Assembly: GCA_951804945.1 (NCBI GenBank)
Contig: OX638149.1
Span: forward strand, 92,504,001 to 92,568,000
Direction of reading: 5' to 3'
Length of the DNA: 64,000 nt
From: Podarcis cretensis
Taxonomy: Eukaryota
Shown here: positions 47,899 to 59,500 of the stretch, in pieces
Layout of the letters: every line of letters starts with the position of its first letter
Position numbering within the stretch: the stretch's first letter is position 1
Notes under the pieces: model-generated
The model's database searches: none
Told to the model about the DNA's origin: nothing
The model's input: the letters and a program-made list of their open reading frames with translations, nothing else
Program-made: the position numbers and the translations under genes

Positions 47899-50800
47899 GC
47901 TTTGACAGAGTCTCATCTTCCTAGCATCTGCAACGTGCTCCTGGAATGGACTTAACCTGGAATTGACCCATGCTCAGACCATGGTTAAAGCAAAATGCCT
48001 GGCAGTTTTACTGTGGATTCATGCAACTGGAAATCTAGTATGAAGAGCTGCTGGGAAGCCTGAGCACCTTTTGTAAAGTACACTGGAACACATTCTGACG
48101 CGTAATGAAATCTGCAAGGTTTCCATCCATAGCAGTGCTTTTGTCTATAAAGCTATTTGCTGCTTTAGGGGTATAAATAAAGTCATCACTGTGATGAACG
48201 AGTTAGTAATGGGGAGGATAGGAACTTCTAAAGCCACCTGCTGGTTGTTGCTATAAAAAGCAAGTAGTGCTAATGGTGTTTTTATAGAGCAAGCTCTTCT
48301 TTCTTAACATCTCCTTTGAATCTTCTTTTGTACTGATATCTGTCAAATGTTCTTGGCCTTAATCCACTTTCTAGACTTTGCACTTTTGCTCACCATGAAT
48401 GAAAGAAACTGAATTTGCAGCACCTCGATAGGTTACCCAACTGGCAGGTTCTGCTCTCTCTAGTCAAAGAGGCAAAGCAATTTTCTACCAAACACTTTTA
48501 GGCTACCATAGTGTGTGAGTGTAACTGTTCCACATTTAGTCCCATTCTCTATAACATGTGTCTAAAATACTGCTAGTGTGTAAACTTCTGCTGAAGAAGA
48601 GCTTCAGAATGGAAAGGCATGTTCCCTTGCAGCTTTTCACTGGCTTCTGTTTGGAAAGTTCCTTCCAACGAAACTGAAAATTGTTTTAAGGTATGTTCTA
48701 TGAACTTGTCAATAGCTGATTTCTGTACTATAAGTACAGACTAATTAGAATTACTGCCTTTTTCCTATGTTCCACTACAATTTTTTTCTTCAAATGAGGT
48801 TGCAATTGGCAGGTTTTACATCTTGATTTTCTAGTCTTGTTCAGACACATTCCAGTAGTTCACCTATCTTCTTCAAATTAGACCAGTGAGTGGACATTTA
48901 GTGAAAGAGTCTCCCTCAGTATATTGAAGTGCTAATAGTTTTGGACCAGTGGGGAAATTTTTTCTACTACAAACTCAGGGAAATTGCTGTTCATTGGTGG
49001 AACTACGTGAATCGCAAGTTTAACTCATGCTTACCATTTTTTTTTTTATTTTTTTTTGTGGACCAGTTTCTCCATGGGCATTGAGAGCAAACAATAAAAC
49101 TTGGTAGGACACAGTTATTGGTTAGGACACGATTCTATTGTTAATGTTCAAAAAATAACTATTCTTTTGGTTTTCAAAAAAGTTAAAAAATGTAGAAATG
49201 TGATCATCTTTATCTTCCCAAAATGGCTCTCAACTTGCTGCCCAGTTGGAAGGGTAGGTTAAAAGAATTGGAGCAAGTTCTCTTAAACTTGATTTATTTA
49301 GTGTTGTATCTGTTTCAAGAAGCCATTTTATGGTGCAAGAAACCTTCCTTGTTTTGGGGGTGGGTTGACACAGGCTAATGAACCAATACACTATGAACAG
49401 CTTGATCACCCTTCCCTTTCCCCATTCTTTACTTGTTAATTGCTGCTTTTGAAATAAGAGCAGTTGCAATGCTTTTTATGTGTAGCATTGTGAGGACCAA
49501 GTTTCATGTTTAAAGTAGGCTCTGAGTGTAGATCTGAACATTTCACCTTTACCGGTAGCTGAACTCCTATGTGCAAGATGCATCAGATTAGCATTTGCCT
49601 TTGAGATATCCTTCATTACTATCAGCAAACTGGAGAGGAAACTGCCTAAACCATTTCAAACAATCTGGAGGTAAAATCCAAATCACCACATGAGTTTTAT
49701 CAGTAATTTTAACAGAAGAGTGTATTTTAGATGCTACAGTAATTATTTTTTAATATACCCCCGATTACAAGAGAGTGGAAGTAGAAGAAAGGTTAATCAA
49801 CGGTTTGCTATCTAGAATGTTAGTGAAACTTCATTGAGTTTCCTAGATTGCAGGTATAGCTAGTTTCTAAAATGTTGCATCTTAGGGTTGTTAGAGAATG
49901 ATTACTTAACAACAAAATTTATGTTACTCTGTGTGATTTAGAGTCCTATGCAAGCCAAGCCAAAAACAAAGGAAAAATGGAGAGATGCTCAGATGTAAGA
50001 AATTGTTCTCATTTCCACTACTGTAAAATTCTGAGTTACTAGAAAGTCTTAGACTGCAATATTGCTGACCACTATAGCTATCAAATGTATTTTAAAAATA
50101 TATATAGCCAAAATTGATTATTCATTTGACTGATGGAGGAATACTGTGCAAGACACAGATCTCATGATCTATATTTATATTTTATTTAACGGTGAACCTA
50201 CATGTCTTGCAAAGTAGACAGTCTTTTTCCTAGAAACAAATGCCTATTCCTGTTCACAGTAAGAAACTGGGTGTGGTATATAGCCCTTGTTATTGCCATG
50301 CAGTTCATAATGAGATGTCAATGGTTGCGTTGTACAAAAGAAATAATGCTTATTGTGTCATGCAAACAGTGTCATATGAAAGGTGCAGTTATCACAGAGG
50401 GAACTCAGTCTTTCATAAATGCAATATGTGTCAGTGGAGGTAAGCAGTAAAGTTGCTCACCTGAGCATTTGGCTATAAGACACTGGCTTTAGGGGTTAAT
50501 TAAGGTTGACGGCATATTTGCAGATTACTGTTACCTGATGTTAGAAGGATTGTACTGGTTGAGAGCAACCACCATATTGATAAATGCTTGGAAAGTAGCT
50601 TTTGTTCTGCCTATTGCAGGGGTGTGGAAACTGGTGCCCTTTAGATGTTGCTGGACTACAAGCGAGACATCTGAAGAGCCACAAATTCCCCAACCCTGGC
50701 CCAATGCATGTAGAATTGTACTTTTGTTTACAGCAACTGCTCATAAACTAGTTTATGGGCTGACCATGCTTAGAGTTCATACATTTACCAAATGGCAATC

Positions 50801-52200
50801 CTATCTACATGCTAAAGGAATAAGTGCCAGCCTTGGCCTCCAGCTCCCCAAACCAGTAATGTGTGAAGCAACAGCTTTAGATGGAGTCCTATACATGTGT
50901 AAAGCCAATGGAGAATCATGCCTCTTTGTAGAGTCTGTAGACCACACATCTTGTATGTTACAGTACATGCACAGTAGAGTTTGATCTATCTATCTGGTGA
51001 GCTAGACCTTGTGTTTCACTAGTGATTATAGCTATTTTGTTCTCTGGTGCAAACACTGAATAGCAACAGTCATCCTCCTGGAGCAAAATGTTCAACTTTT
51101 TTCTAACTGTGAAATTGATGGACCTGCGGGAGGTATGGCATTCCGCATTCATCAGAGAATAGGGAGCATTCTACTGCAGCACCCCCAGCAGAAAGGTTTG
51201 GTGACTGATTTGTTTATCCTCTTACTTCCCTCAACTGGACAAACTTACTTTAAAGTATGTAAGATTTATTATTTTGAGTTAGAGTATTTTGTTTGTTTTT
51301 TAAAAAATCACACCCACTAACTGCTGTATTTGTAATTCTTTTTAAATGATGTAGAGCTTGACACTAGCTCTGAGTATAACTTATTTGTTTTTTTAAGTAT
51401 TATATATAAGGAACACTGTGTTTCATGGTAACATATATAAACTGTGCTATACAATAACTGCACTGAACTGAACATCTGTATATGGGAACTGTGATTTGTA
51501 GTCCACTTGGAATCAGTCACAAACTGTTGTAGTTTATTTCTAAATATAACACAACTGTACAAAATGACTGCCTCTACCTGTTTTTCTTTTACAATAATTT
51601 TGCAATGTGCAGACAATCTGCTTCATTCCTGCATTTTTGCCTGTCCCTGGCAGCCCCCTTTGTCTTGGATGAAGTTCTGTGTTTCTCATACAGAACTGAC
51701 AACACACTATTTTCTGCTGACCTCTCATATGAATGATAGCAAGTAATAGTTGCACCCAAGGAGAGAAGTTCAGTCTTAAGATTTCTACCCACAATTTTGT
51801 CTGGAAAGTGAATTAATTGACTTGCTGACCTAGAATTAGGCCTTAAATTTTATTCCAGAATCCAAATTGCTTCTTAGATCAACAAATTTTGACCTCCACT
51901 TCATTCTAAAGGGGTACACTGATTCTTAAAAGTGTTTTTACACAATTGCTACAGGCAAAGTGCCACATTAAGTCTAAATCAAATGGTGACTAATAACCAG
52001 CCATATTGCCAACAATTTAATAATATATGCTTTTGTAATTATTGTCCAACTTTAAATCCTTCATCAATCATGCATTGCTTCTCAGATACAAACAGCATAC
52101 ATACAAAAAATGATGCTTATATAGTTTAATCACAAAAACATAGTAATATAATTTTATGTAGTTTTATCATAAAAAATAAATGTCAAAGTCTAAAAATATA
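47899..52200 (+). other. Probable EPB41L5 long-isoform 3' UTR with several candidate poly(A) signals
   Basis: Repeat-poor AT-rich stretch after the stop; AATAAA at 48176, 49093 and 52175; the true end cannot be determined from sequence. Confidence 0.45.
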
Positions 52201-52523
52201 AAAATAAGATCACTTATAAAGCTCACCATGTGCTGTTTAGTGGCAGCTAAACTTTTAAAGACAATTTGAAGAGCAGCACTTCTGAAACTGATAAGGCATA
52301 CGGCAAGCTTTTGCAATAGCTGTGTACTTTGTAATCTTGTTTTCTGGAAAATGTCAGGAAAGGTTAACTTCAAGGGACCATTTTCCATCTCTGAGCACAG
52401 CAGATTTCAAGATTCACCAGTGGGAATGGCCAAACAAAAAAATATCCTTCCTTGGGGACCAGCAAAGTACTGTGATACTCCCAAACAAGCACCAGAATTG
52501 ATTTTCAGCATTATATTCAGTTA

Positions 52524-52597
52524 CTATAGAATTATAGAATTGTGTAGTTGGAAGGGACCACAAGGGTCATACAGTCCAACCCCTTGCAATGCAGGAA
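52524..52597 (-). mobile_element. CR1 LINE extreme 3' fragment
   Basis: ATAGAATT repeats then GTTGGAAGGGACC..AGTCCAACCCC, a CR1 3' hairpin signature. Confidence 0.65.
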
Positions 52598-53013
52598 CAT
52601 TTATACCCCAGTGTGGGGCTCAAAGCCCCAGCTGTGGCATGCACATACCCCTTCTGCAATTGGTTTTGAAAAAAGCTAGGGGGAGATTATCTCATTTCCC
52701 CACCTAAACTCCAAGTAGATCACATCTTCCAATAGACTGGCAGAAGGGGGGGGACACCCTCCCCCCATCCAAAGCCTAGCTACTGGGGAAGGATGGAGTG
52801 AGTGTATGCACATCTGTGCACTCTGCCCATTAACCCTTCCCTGGCTGAGGGAGAAGCCTGCTTAACTACAGGGGAATTAAGTTAATTTTGGTTCTTTTTC
52901 TAGGAGTCATTCTACAGAGATGATGGAGTGATGTAGATTCAAGTGGTATGGCAAAGCAGCTATGAACTAAGTTGTCCACTGGTTTAAACATGCCCTTATG
53001 TACACCTCTAAAG

Positions 53014-53341
53014 CAGTGCTTCCAAAACATTTTCTCATGGACCACTTGAAGGTTGCTGAGAGTCTTGGTAGACTGATTAAGGATTTTTGTGCTGTTGTAG
53101 CAACTGTAATGTGCTAGGCTGGCTGCAGTATGATTTTTAATTGTATTTTTATTATTCCTTTTGTTTTCTGTATATTGTATTCCAATTCATATGCCATAGA
53201 TTTCAAATTGTAATTCAGTAAGAATACAATATAAGGCATAAAAAACAATTAAAAATCAACACGACTATTGATGTTCCATCTTCAACTACAAATCCAGAGC
53301 CATGCTGCAGACCACCATGGGCCACAATTTGAACAGCTCTG
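53014..53341. mobile_element. Old hAT-type MITE in the Kelch-gene 3' region
   Basis: CAGTG...CTG ends; TSD-like CTCTAAAG/CTCTATAT; GGACCAC subterminal motifs. Confidence 0.5.
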
Positions 53342-53635
53342 CTCTATATAAATAAAATAATTAGCTGTAGGAATAAGCAGCAGGTTTACTGGACGCTTTT
53401 TCTGCATTCACAATGAAGCTGCTTAATCCAAGTATGCAGGCCCAAACCAGGTCATTGAAAATAGCAGCATGGTTTGTTTCCCTGAGTGAGTGGCTCCATG
53501 AAGTGGTAACGCTGTCATTCTCAAATACTTAAATACTTCATATTCACATGACATTTTGGTTTCATGACAAAATGGGTAAAATACAACAGGGTGTATTTTT
53601 TTTCTCTCACTCCTTAGTGTGTGTATATGCACCAT

Positions 53636-54347
53636 TTAAATTTTGTCTAGCTCCATTTGCCAAAATGAAATTGAAGAGGAACTTGACAAAGGTTTACCTC
53701 CAATAAGCAGCAGCACAGCAGAAGACTCACTAATGTCCATGGAGGCAGAAGAATTGCAAATGTCCACGGAAGCAGGTGTCAGATCAATGAAGCTTGCATT
53801 TTCCTCTGTAAAGTCAAGAGTGGCAAACTCCTGTTCGCTTGGTAGGTTTAGGTTGGATGTTCTCTCTCTCTCAGACAATATGCATGTTTTCTCATTTGCA
53901 CTCAGTTCTGAACTCAAAGTGGTTTGGCGTGAGCAAAATCCTGGCTCCTCCCGAGACAGGCAAAATGTTTTCATTTCAATTTCAGTGCTACCGTCATTGC
54001 TGAATGTTTGGTATGAGGGCTCCTGGTGAATATACTCACAGAAACAGGCATGCTGCTTAGAGATGGCCAGTAGCTTTGAACAACCCATTTCTTTTTGATG
54101 CAAATAGCTGAGTGACTTCCTTGAAGAACCAGCAATCCCTTGGAAGCCATATCCAATCCCCAACATGCAGTGAAAAGCTTTGGATGAAGGTTCTGTTGTC
54201 CTAGCCAGTTGTTTCCACATCTGAGATGGAAAATGGTATTTCCACAGAATACTGCTTGGCCTGGTATTAGAAATTCCTCCACCAAAGAGCAGCATGGAAT
54301 CTTCAAATATTAAAGCTGAGTGCCCCACCACTTTAGGAGGCCCGTGA
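53636..54347 (-). CDS. Kelch gene terminal exon
   Basis: gtttag|SHGPPKVVGHSALIFEDSMLLFGGG...LLLIGGKPLSSSSSISFWQMELDKI*, 712 nt. Confidence 0.9.
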
Positions 54348-56523
54348 CTAAACACAAGCACAACAGAGAACAAGGAACACAGATCAGTAATGTTTATGCT
54401 GATGAAAATGAGGTAGGATTTTAGTTTCTGTTTGGTCAGCACTATACAGCATCATTAATTACATAATTTAGAAGGAACTGCACTGAATGAAGGTATCTGA
54501 ATATATAATGCTCCCTAAATTGACAGTTACGGATCATTATGCAATAATTCTTGGTCAGCCCAAGGTGAATATACTTTCTTTTAAAAAGTACAAACATTTG
54601 TGAAACTGCCCTAATTTTAAAAAGGTACCTCCTCAAAAAGTCTCTGCCTGATTCTGCCAGAAATGTGTGGCTCAGTATATAAATGTAATCCTCCCTTATC
54701 AAAGCATTGTACCAGTAGTTTTGCATATCAGGGCCTGACTTCCCACGGCAGCCTCTTCCAGAACAGGAAGAAGAAGAAGAGTTTGGATTTGATATCCCGC
54801 TTTATCACTACCCAAAGGAGTCTCAAAGCGGCTAACATTCTCCTTTCCCTTCCTCCCCCACAACAAACACTCTGTGAGGTGAGTGGGGCTGAGAGACATC
54901 AGAGAAGTGTGACTAGCCCAAGGTCACCCAGCAGCTGCATGTGGAGGAGCGGGGAATCGAACCCAGTTTACCAGATTACGAGTCTATGGCTCTTAACCAT
55001 TACACCACAGGAGACCTTGCGCAAGAAGTGCATTAGAAATGCCTTCTGCTTTTCAACAGCGTTCTTTGGATCACAGAGAATGTGACTAGAATGATGTGAA
55101 CATGTGCATTATTAAAGCATGAGTTCAACAGCTTATAAGCAGAGGTGGGGAACTTTTGACCCTCTGGGTGTTGCTAGACTACAACTCCCACCATCCCCAA
55201 TGAACTGGACACACTAGATGGGGCTGATGGGGGTTGGGAGTCCCACAGCACCCAGAGCACCACACATTCCCTACCCCACGTTAGAAAGGGAACCAACTAG
55301 CTGTTCCGCAAAGTACAAATACAGCTTAATCCACATCCCTCAGAGGCAGCCGTCATAGCTGCCTAGCTCCCCGAGACACACATATTTTTAACCTTTCTAA
55401 TTTTGGGTAGTTTTATCTACTCCATTCTCAAAACTACAGCTTACTGAAACTGCTGGTGAATAGCTCTCAAAAGATTTTACCTCGTTCTGATACTAGACCA
55501 GTTGGCAGCCATGAAATCCCACTTCCAGAAGTCCTTTTGTTCACTCAGACCCATCAGCCCTCCAAACAAGTACATGTTGTTGCCATGAACCACAGCTGAG
55601 TGGCCATGTCGAGGGCCTGGGCTACCACCGTAAGATACAGCTGGTGTCCACTGTTTTTTATCTGAAGGAAGAAGATTACAGTCCATTTCTGTTTCAACAT
55701 AGGGGCAGGGAACCTTTTCCAGCCCAATATCTACATTCTCTTCTGGGGCTTGCATGCCAGTGGGGTAGGACCAGAGACAAAAATCAACAGATGTGACTAA
55801 AGGCTGTGCACAGTTCCCCAGATCCAAATAATTTCAGGTGGTGAGCTGATGTTTAATAAGGGTTTGCAAAACCTAACTAAACATACGGTTGGGAGCAGGG
55901 GAAGAAGTTGTGTCTTGTCCCCTTTCTCAATGGAGAGCAGGAGGGTTTAATCCTGCAAAGTACTCCTTCACAAGTGCCTTTACCACAGGAATACAAAGTT
56001 AGAGATTTCTACATATACGCCATCCTCCTTCAAGGCATGTAAATGACATCCTGTTGCCGTTACACATTCCAGACAGGCATAAGCACTCGAGGAGGGCATG
56101 GAGCAGGACTCTTAGATGTGTGGCATGGGAAGAGTCTAGAGGACCAGGTAGAGAGGCTTGAAAGGTCATATTTGGTCCATAAGCTCCCCCATAAGTTCCC
56201 CCATTCCTGGTTTAATTCAATACCCAGATAAACATGGAGCCGAAGCCAGCTACAGGATTGCATTTTCATTCTAGACGTTTCAAAAGGGTTTTGTATCATA
56301 ACCACCAGCCACTTCAGTATGGATGGGGAGCAGGATCCAAAATTCCCCTACCCACTGCTGGCCACTTTGACAGAACTGTCCAACTGCCAGTCACATGACA
56401 TCAGGGGATTGAGTTTCAAAGGAAGAACCCAAAGTACACTCTTAAATTCAAGTTGTGGCTGCAAAGAATCAAAGGAATTTCTAGCTCTTCCCTTTCTAAC
56501 TAATTGGGTGGTTGCTGAATTTG

Positions 56524-56572
<49 letters not shown>

Positions 56573-59500
56573 ACCACTTTGACAGGTGGGTAGGGTGACA
56601 GAAAAAGTGCAAAATTCTACCAGCAGCTGGAAAGCAACAATTGGAAGTGCACATAGAGTGTACTACCAATTATTCATTTTCAAGATGGCCCTGCATGTTT
56701 ACCTGTCTGTCCCATGGCTGATGCCATATGACACCAAGTGGTGGCTGCAGTTTGGGCCAAATCACACCACAGCCCAAGGAGCATGCCCGATAAGCCTAAT
56801 AAGGACACAAGCCCTCACTGCTGGGTTGCAGTAACATGCCTACAGAGAAAGCTCAACTTACTTACTTAGACATAAAGTCCAGAATTCTTGAGAAGCACCC
56901 TTAAGGTCAACGTATCCGCCATACATGTACATGATGCCTTTGTGGACAACTGCACTGTGGCCCTTCCGATTAACTGGAGCCGGTCCCTGCAGAGAGGAAA
57001 GTAATGAAACAACTACCATTAACAGTTGTTGCCATCACATCTATCCAAGCAGACTCCCCCCCCCCTTACTAAAGGTAAAGGTACCCCTGCCCGTATGGGC
57101 CAGTCTTGACAGACTCTGGGGTTGTGCGCCCATCTCACTTAAGAGGCCAGGGGCCAGCGCTGTCCGGAGACACTTCCGGGTCACGTGGCCAGCGTGACAT
57201 CGCTGCTCTGGCGAGCCAGAGCCGCACACGGAAACGCCGTTTACCTTCCCGCTGGTAAGCGGTCCCTATTTATCTACTTGCACCCGGAGGTGCTTTCAAA
57301 CTGCTAGGTTGGCAGGCGCTGGGACCGAGCAGCGGGAGCGCACCCCGCCGCAGGGATTCGAACCGCCGACCTTTCGATCGGCAAGCCCTAGGCGCTGAGG
57401 CTTTTACCCACAGCGCCACCTGCGTCCCCCCCCCCTTACTACTTCCACTTAAAAATGCATTCACACTGGCCTTGTAAAACACCAATAACTGACACCTTTA
57501 TGAACATTGGTACAGTGGTACCTCAGGTTACAGACACTTCAGGTTACAGACTCCTCTAACCCAGAAATGGTACCTCGAGTTAAGAACTTTGCTTCAGGAT
57601 GAGAACAGAAATTGTGCAGTGGCAGCGGGAGGCCCCATTAGCTAAAGTGGTACCTCAGGTTAAGAACAGTTTCAGGTTAAGAACAGACCTCCAGAACAAA
57701 TTATGTTCTTAACCCGAAATACCACTGAGCATTTCTGTTCATACAACCACTTGATGGGTATGGGACAGGGGCTTGTTATCAATTGAAGGAGTAGAAAAAA
57801 AGCAATGAACAGCCACGAGAGTTACTCATATTCCATTGCACTGCATAAGCAAGCATGATGGTGCCTCTGGAAAGGGCATACTTTCCAAACATTTCTACCC
57901 AGGAAGGCAGAGTTAGTTACATGGTCACTCTACTCCAGAATCCCCTACGACTATAAAAATTAGGTAACAGAAAATTCAAGTCCAGAATGAGCAGTAGGAG
58001 CACTTCTAATAATAAATAGCTAGTGCAATGAAGTGCAAGAAATGTATTGTGTCCATACAATGTTTCCACCAGAAGAAACCATCCTAACTATAGAGAAGGG
58101 CATCATCTAGGAAAATAAACCCCTCTCAGAAAAGGATGGATTAGCAAATAGTTGGGGGGGGGGGGGGAAACCTGCATGTTAAAAGTGGCAATTACGTCAT
58201 AGTTGAGGCTGTGACTCAGGTTTGTTTGATAGTGAGTCTTCAAAAAAGTCCCTGAAAAAAATGATAATACAGCACTGTTTGCAAAGCTGGTTAGGACAAA
58301 GTATGTCTCATGGAGGATGAAAGCAGCCTGGAAGCTCTTTACAACATAGAAGTAAAGCTCTGGTACCATTTCACAGGAATAAAAGTTGGAAAGGCAAGGC
58401 TGCCTCTGTTCAACCCTTGACTAAGCCCCTTGCAACATCACTACTACTACTGCTGCTGCTTAGGAGGGAAGGTAGTTCAAAACTTGAAGGAACAAGTACA
58501 GGCTGCCCCCACCACACAAGACCTTGATCCTTGATGTTAAGAGCTGCCTGAACCTAAGCTCTTGGTTGTGTGTGCTTGTCTTCATGAAGTGTGGCAGCCT
58601 ACACTTCCCTAGTGCCGCATGCTTCCAAATGGTATGCCTGGTTTTCACCAAAATATTCTTTAGTACCTATATACATGAAGAAACCCTGGTATTTATTAAT
58701 GAAAAATTATATAGCTACCCTTTAACATTATCTGGGCAGCTCATAATCTATAATTAATAAACCATAAGTAATTTGGTATAGAGAGCAGTTATAAATGTGC
58801 TACATATTATAACCAAAGAAACACTCATGGGTTGTGTCCAACTGTGTTGCTCAGCTGGCAGTAAAGTCAGTAGAATGAGGAAGGAAGCCATTTTCAGCTG
58901 TCCCCCAGGTTAAGAACTTAATTCGCTCCGGAGGTTCGTTCTTAACCTGAAACTGTTCTTAACCTGAGGTACCACTTTAGCTAATGAGGCCTCCTGCTGC
59001 CGCCGCAGCACGATTTCTGTTCTCATCCTGAAGCAAAGTTCTTAACCTGAGGTACTATTTCTGGGTTAGCGGAGTCTGTAACCTGAAGCATCGAGGTACC
59101 ACTGTAATATGCTCCAGTGTGCTGGGGGACCCTTCAAAGCAGATTTTGAAGGGTGCCAGAGGCTGCAGGAGATGAAAGCTGCTGGAAATTTCTTCCTTCC
59201 CTGTATTGACAAAGGCCAAGTGATACACCACTCCTATTTTAAGATCCAAAAATATACATGCTATATAGATGATTTAAGAATATAGAGGAAATAAGTATCC
59301 CTCCCCTTACAGTGAAAAAGTGATACCAACAGCATAAAATTACTCTGCTGCTGCGTTTCCCTGGATGAACCCAGTCTGGAACAGTTTTCAGAACATATTC
59401 CTAAGCAAGCTGTTGGATCAACAAAGCAACATGTTTCATGTATGATTCACACATTTCTGTTTTCCAAATTTCTTACCTCACTCTCCCCTGCTGTGAGTTG

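Noticed and set aside
27916-48197. RTGATGA motifs (27916, ~32314, 48191) as C/D snoRNA C boxes
   Set aside because: No suitably placed CTGA D box with a terminal stem
47896-48200. Stop-codon readthrough or selenocysteine at the EPB41L5 TGA
   Set aside because: Context is TGA-GCT rather than TGA-CTAG, no SECIS is recognisable, and the free -TTEL terminus fits a PDZ ligand
53643-54029. 128-aa + strand ORF
   Set aside because: Antisense shadow of the Kelch terminal exon
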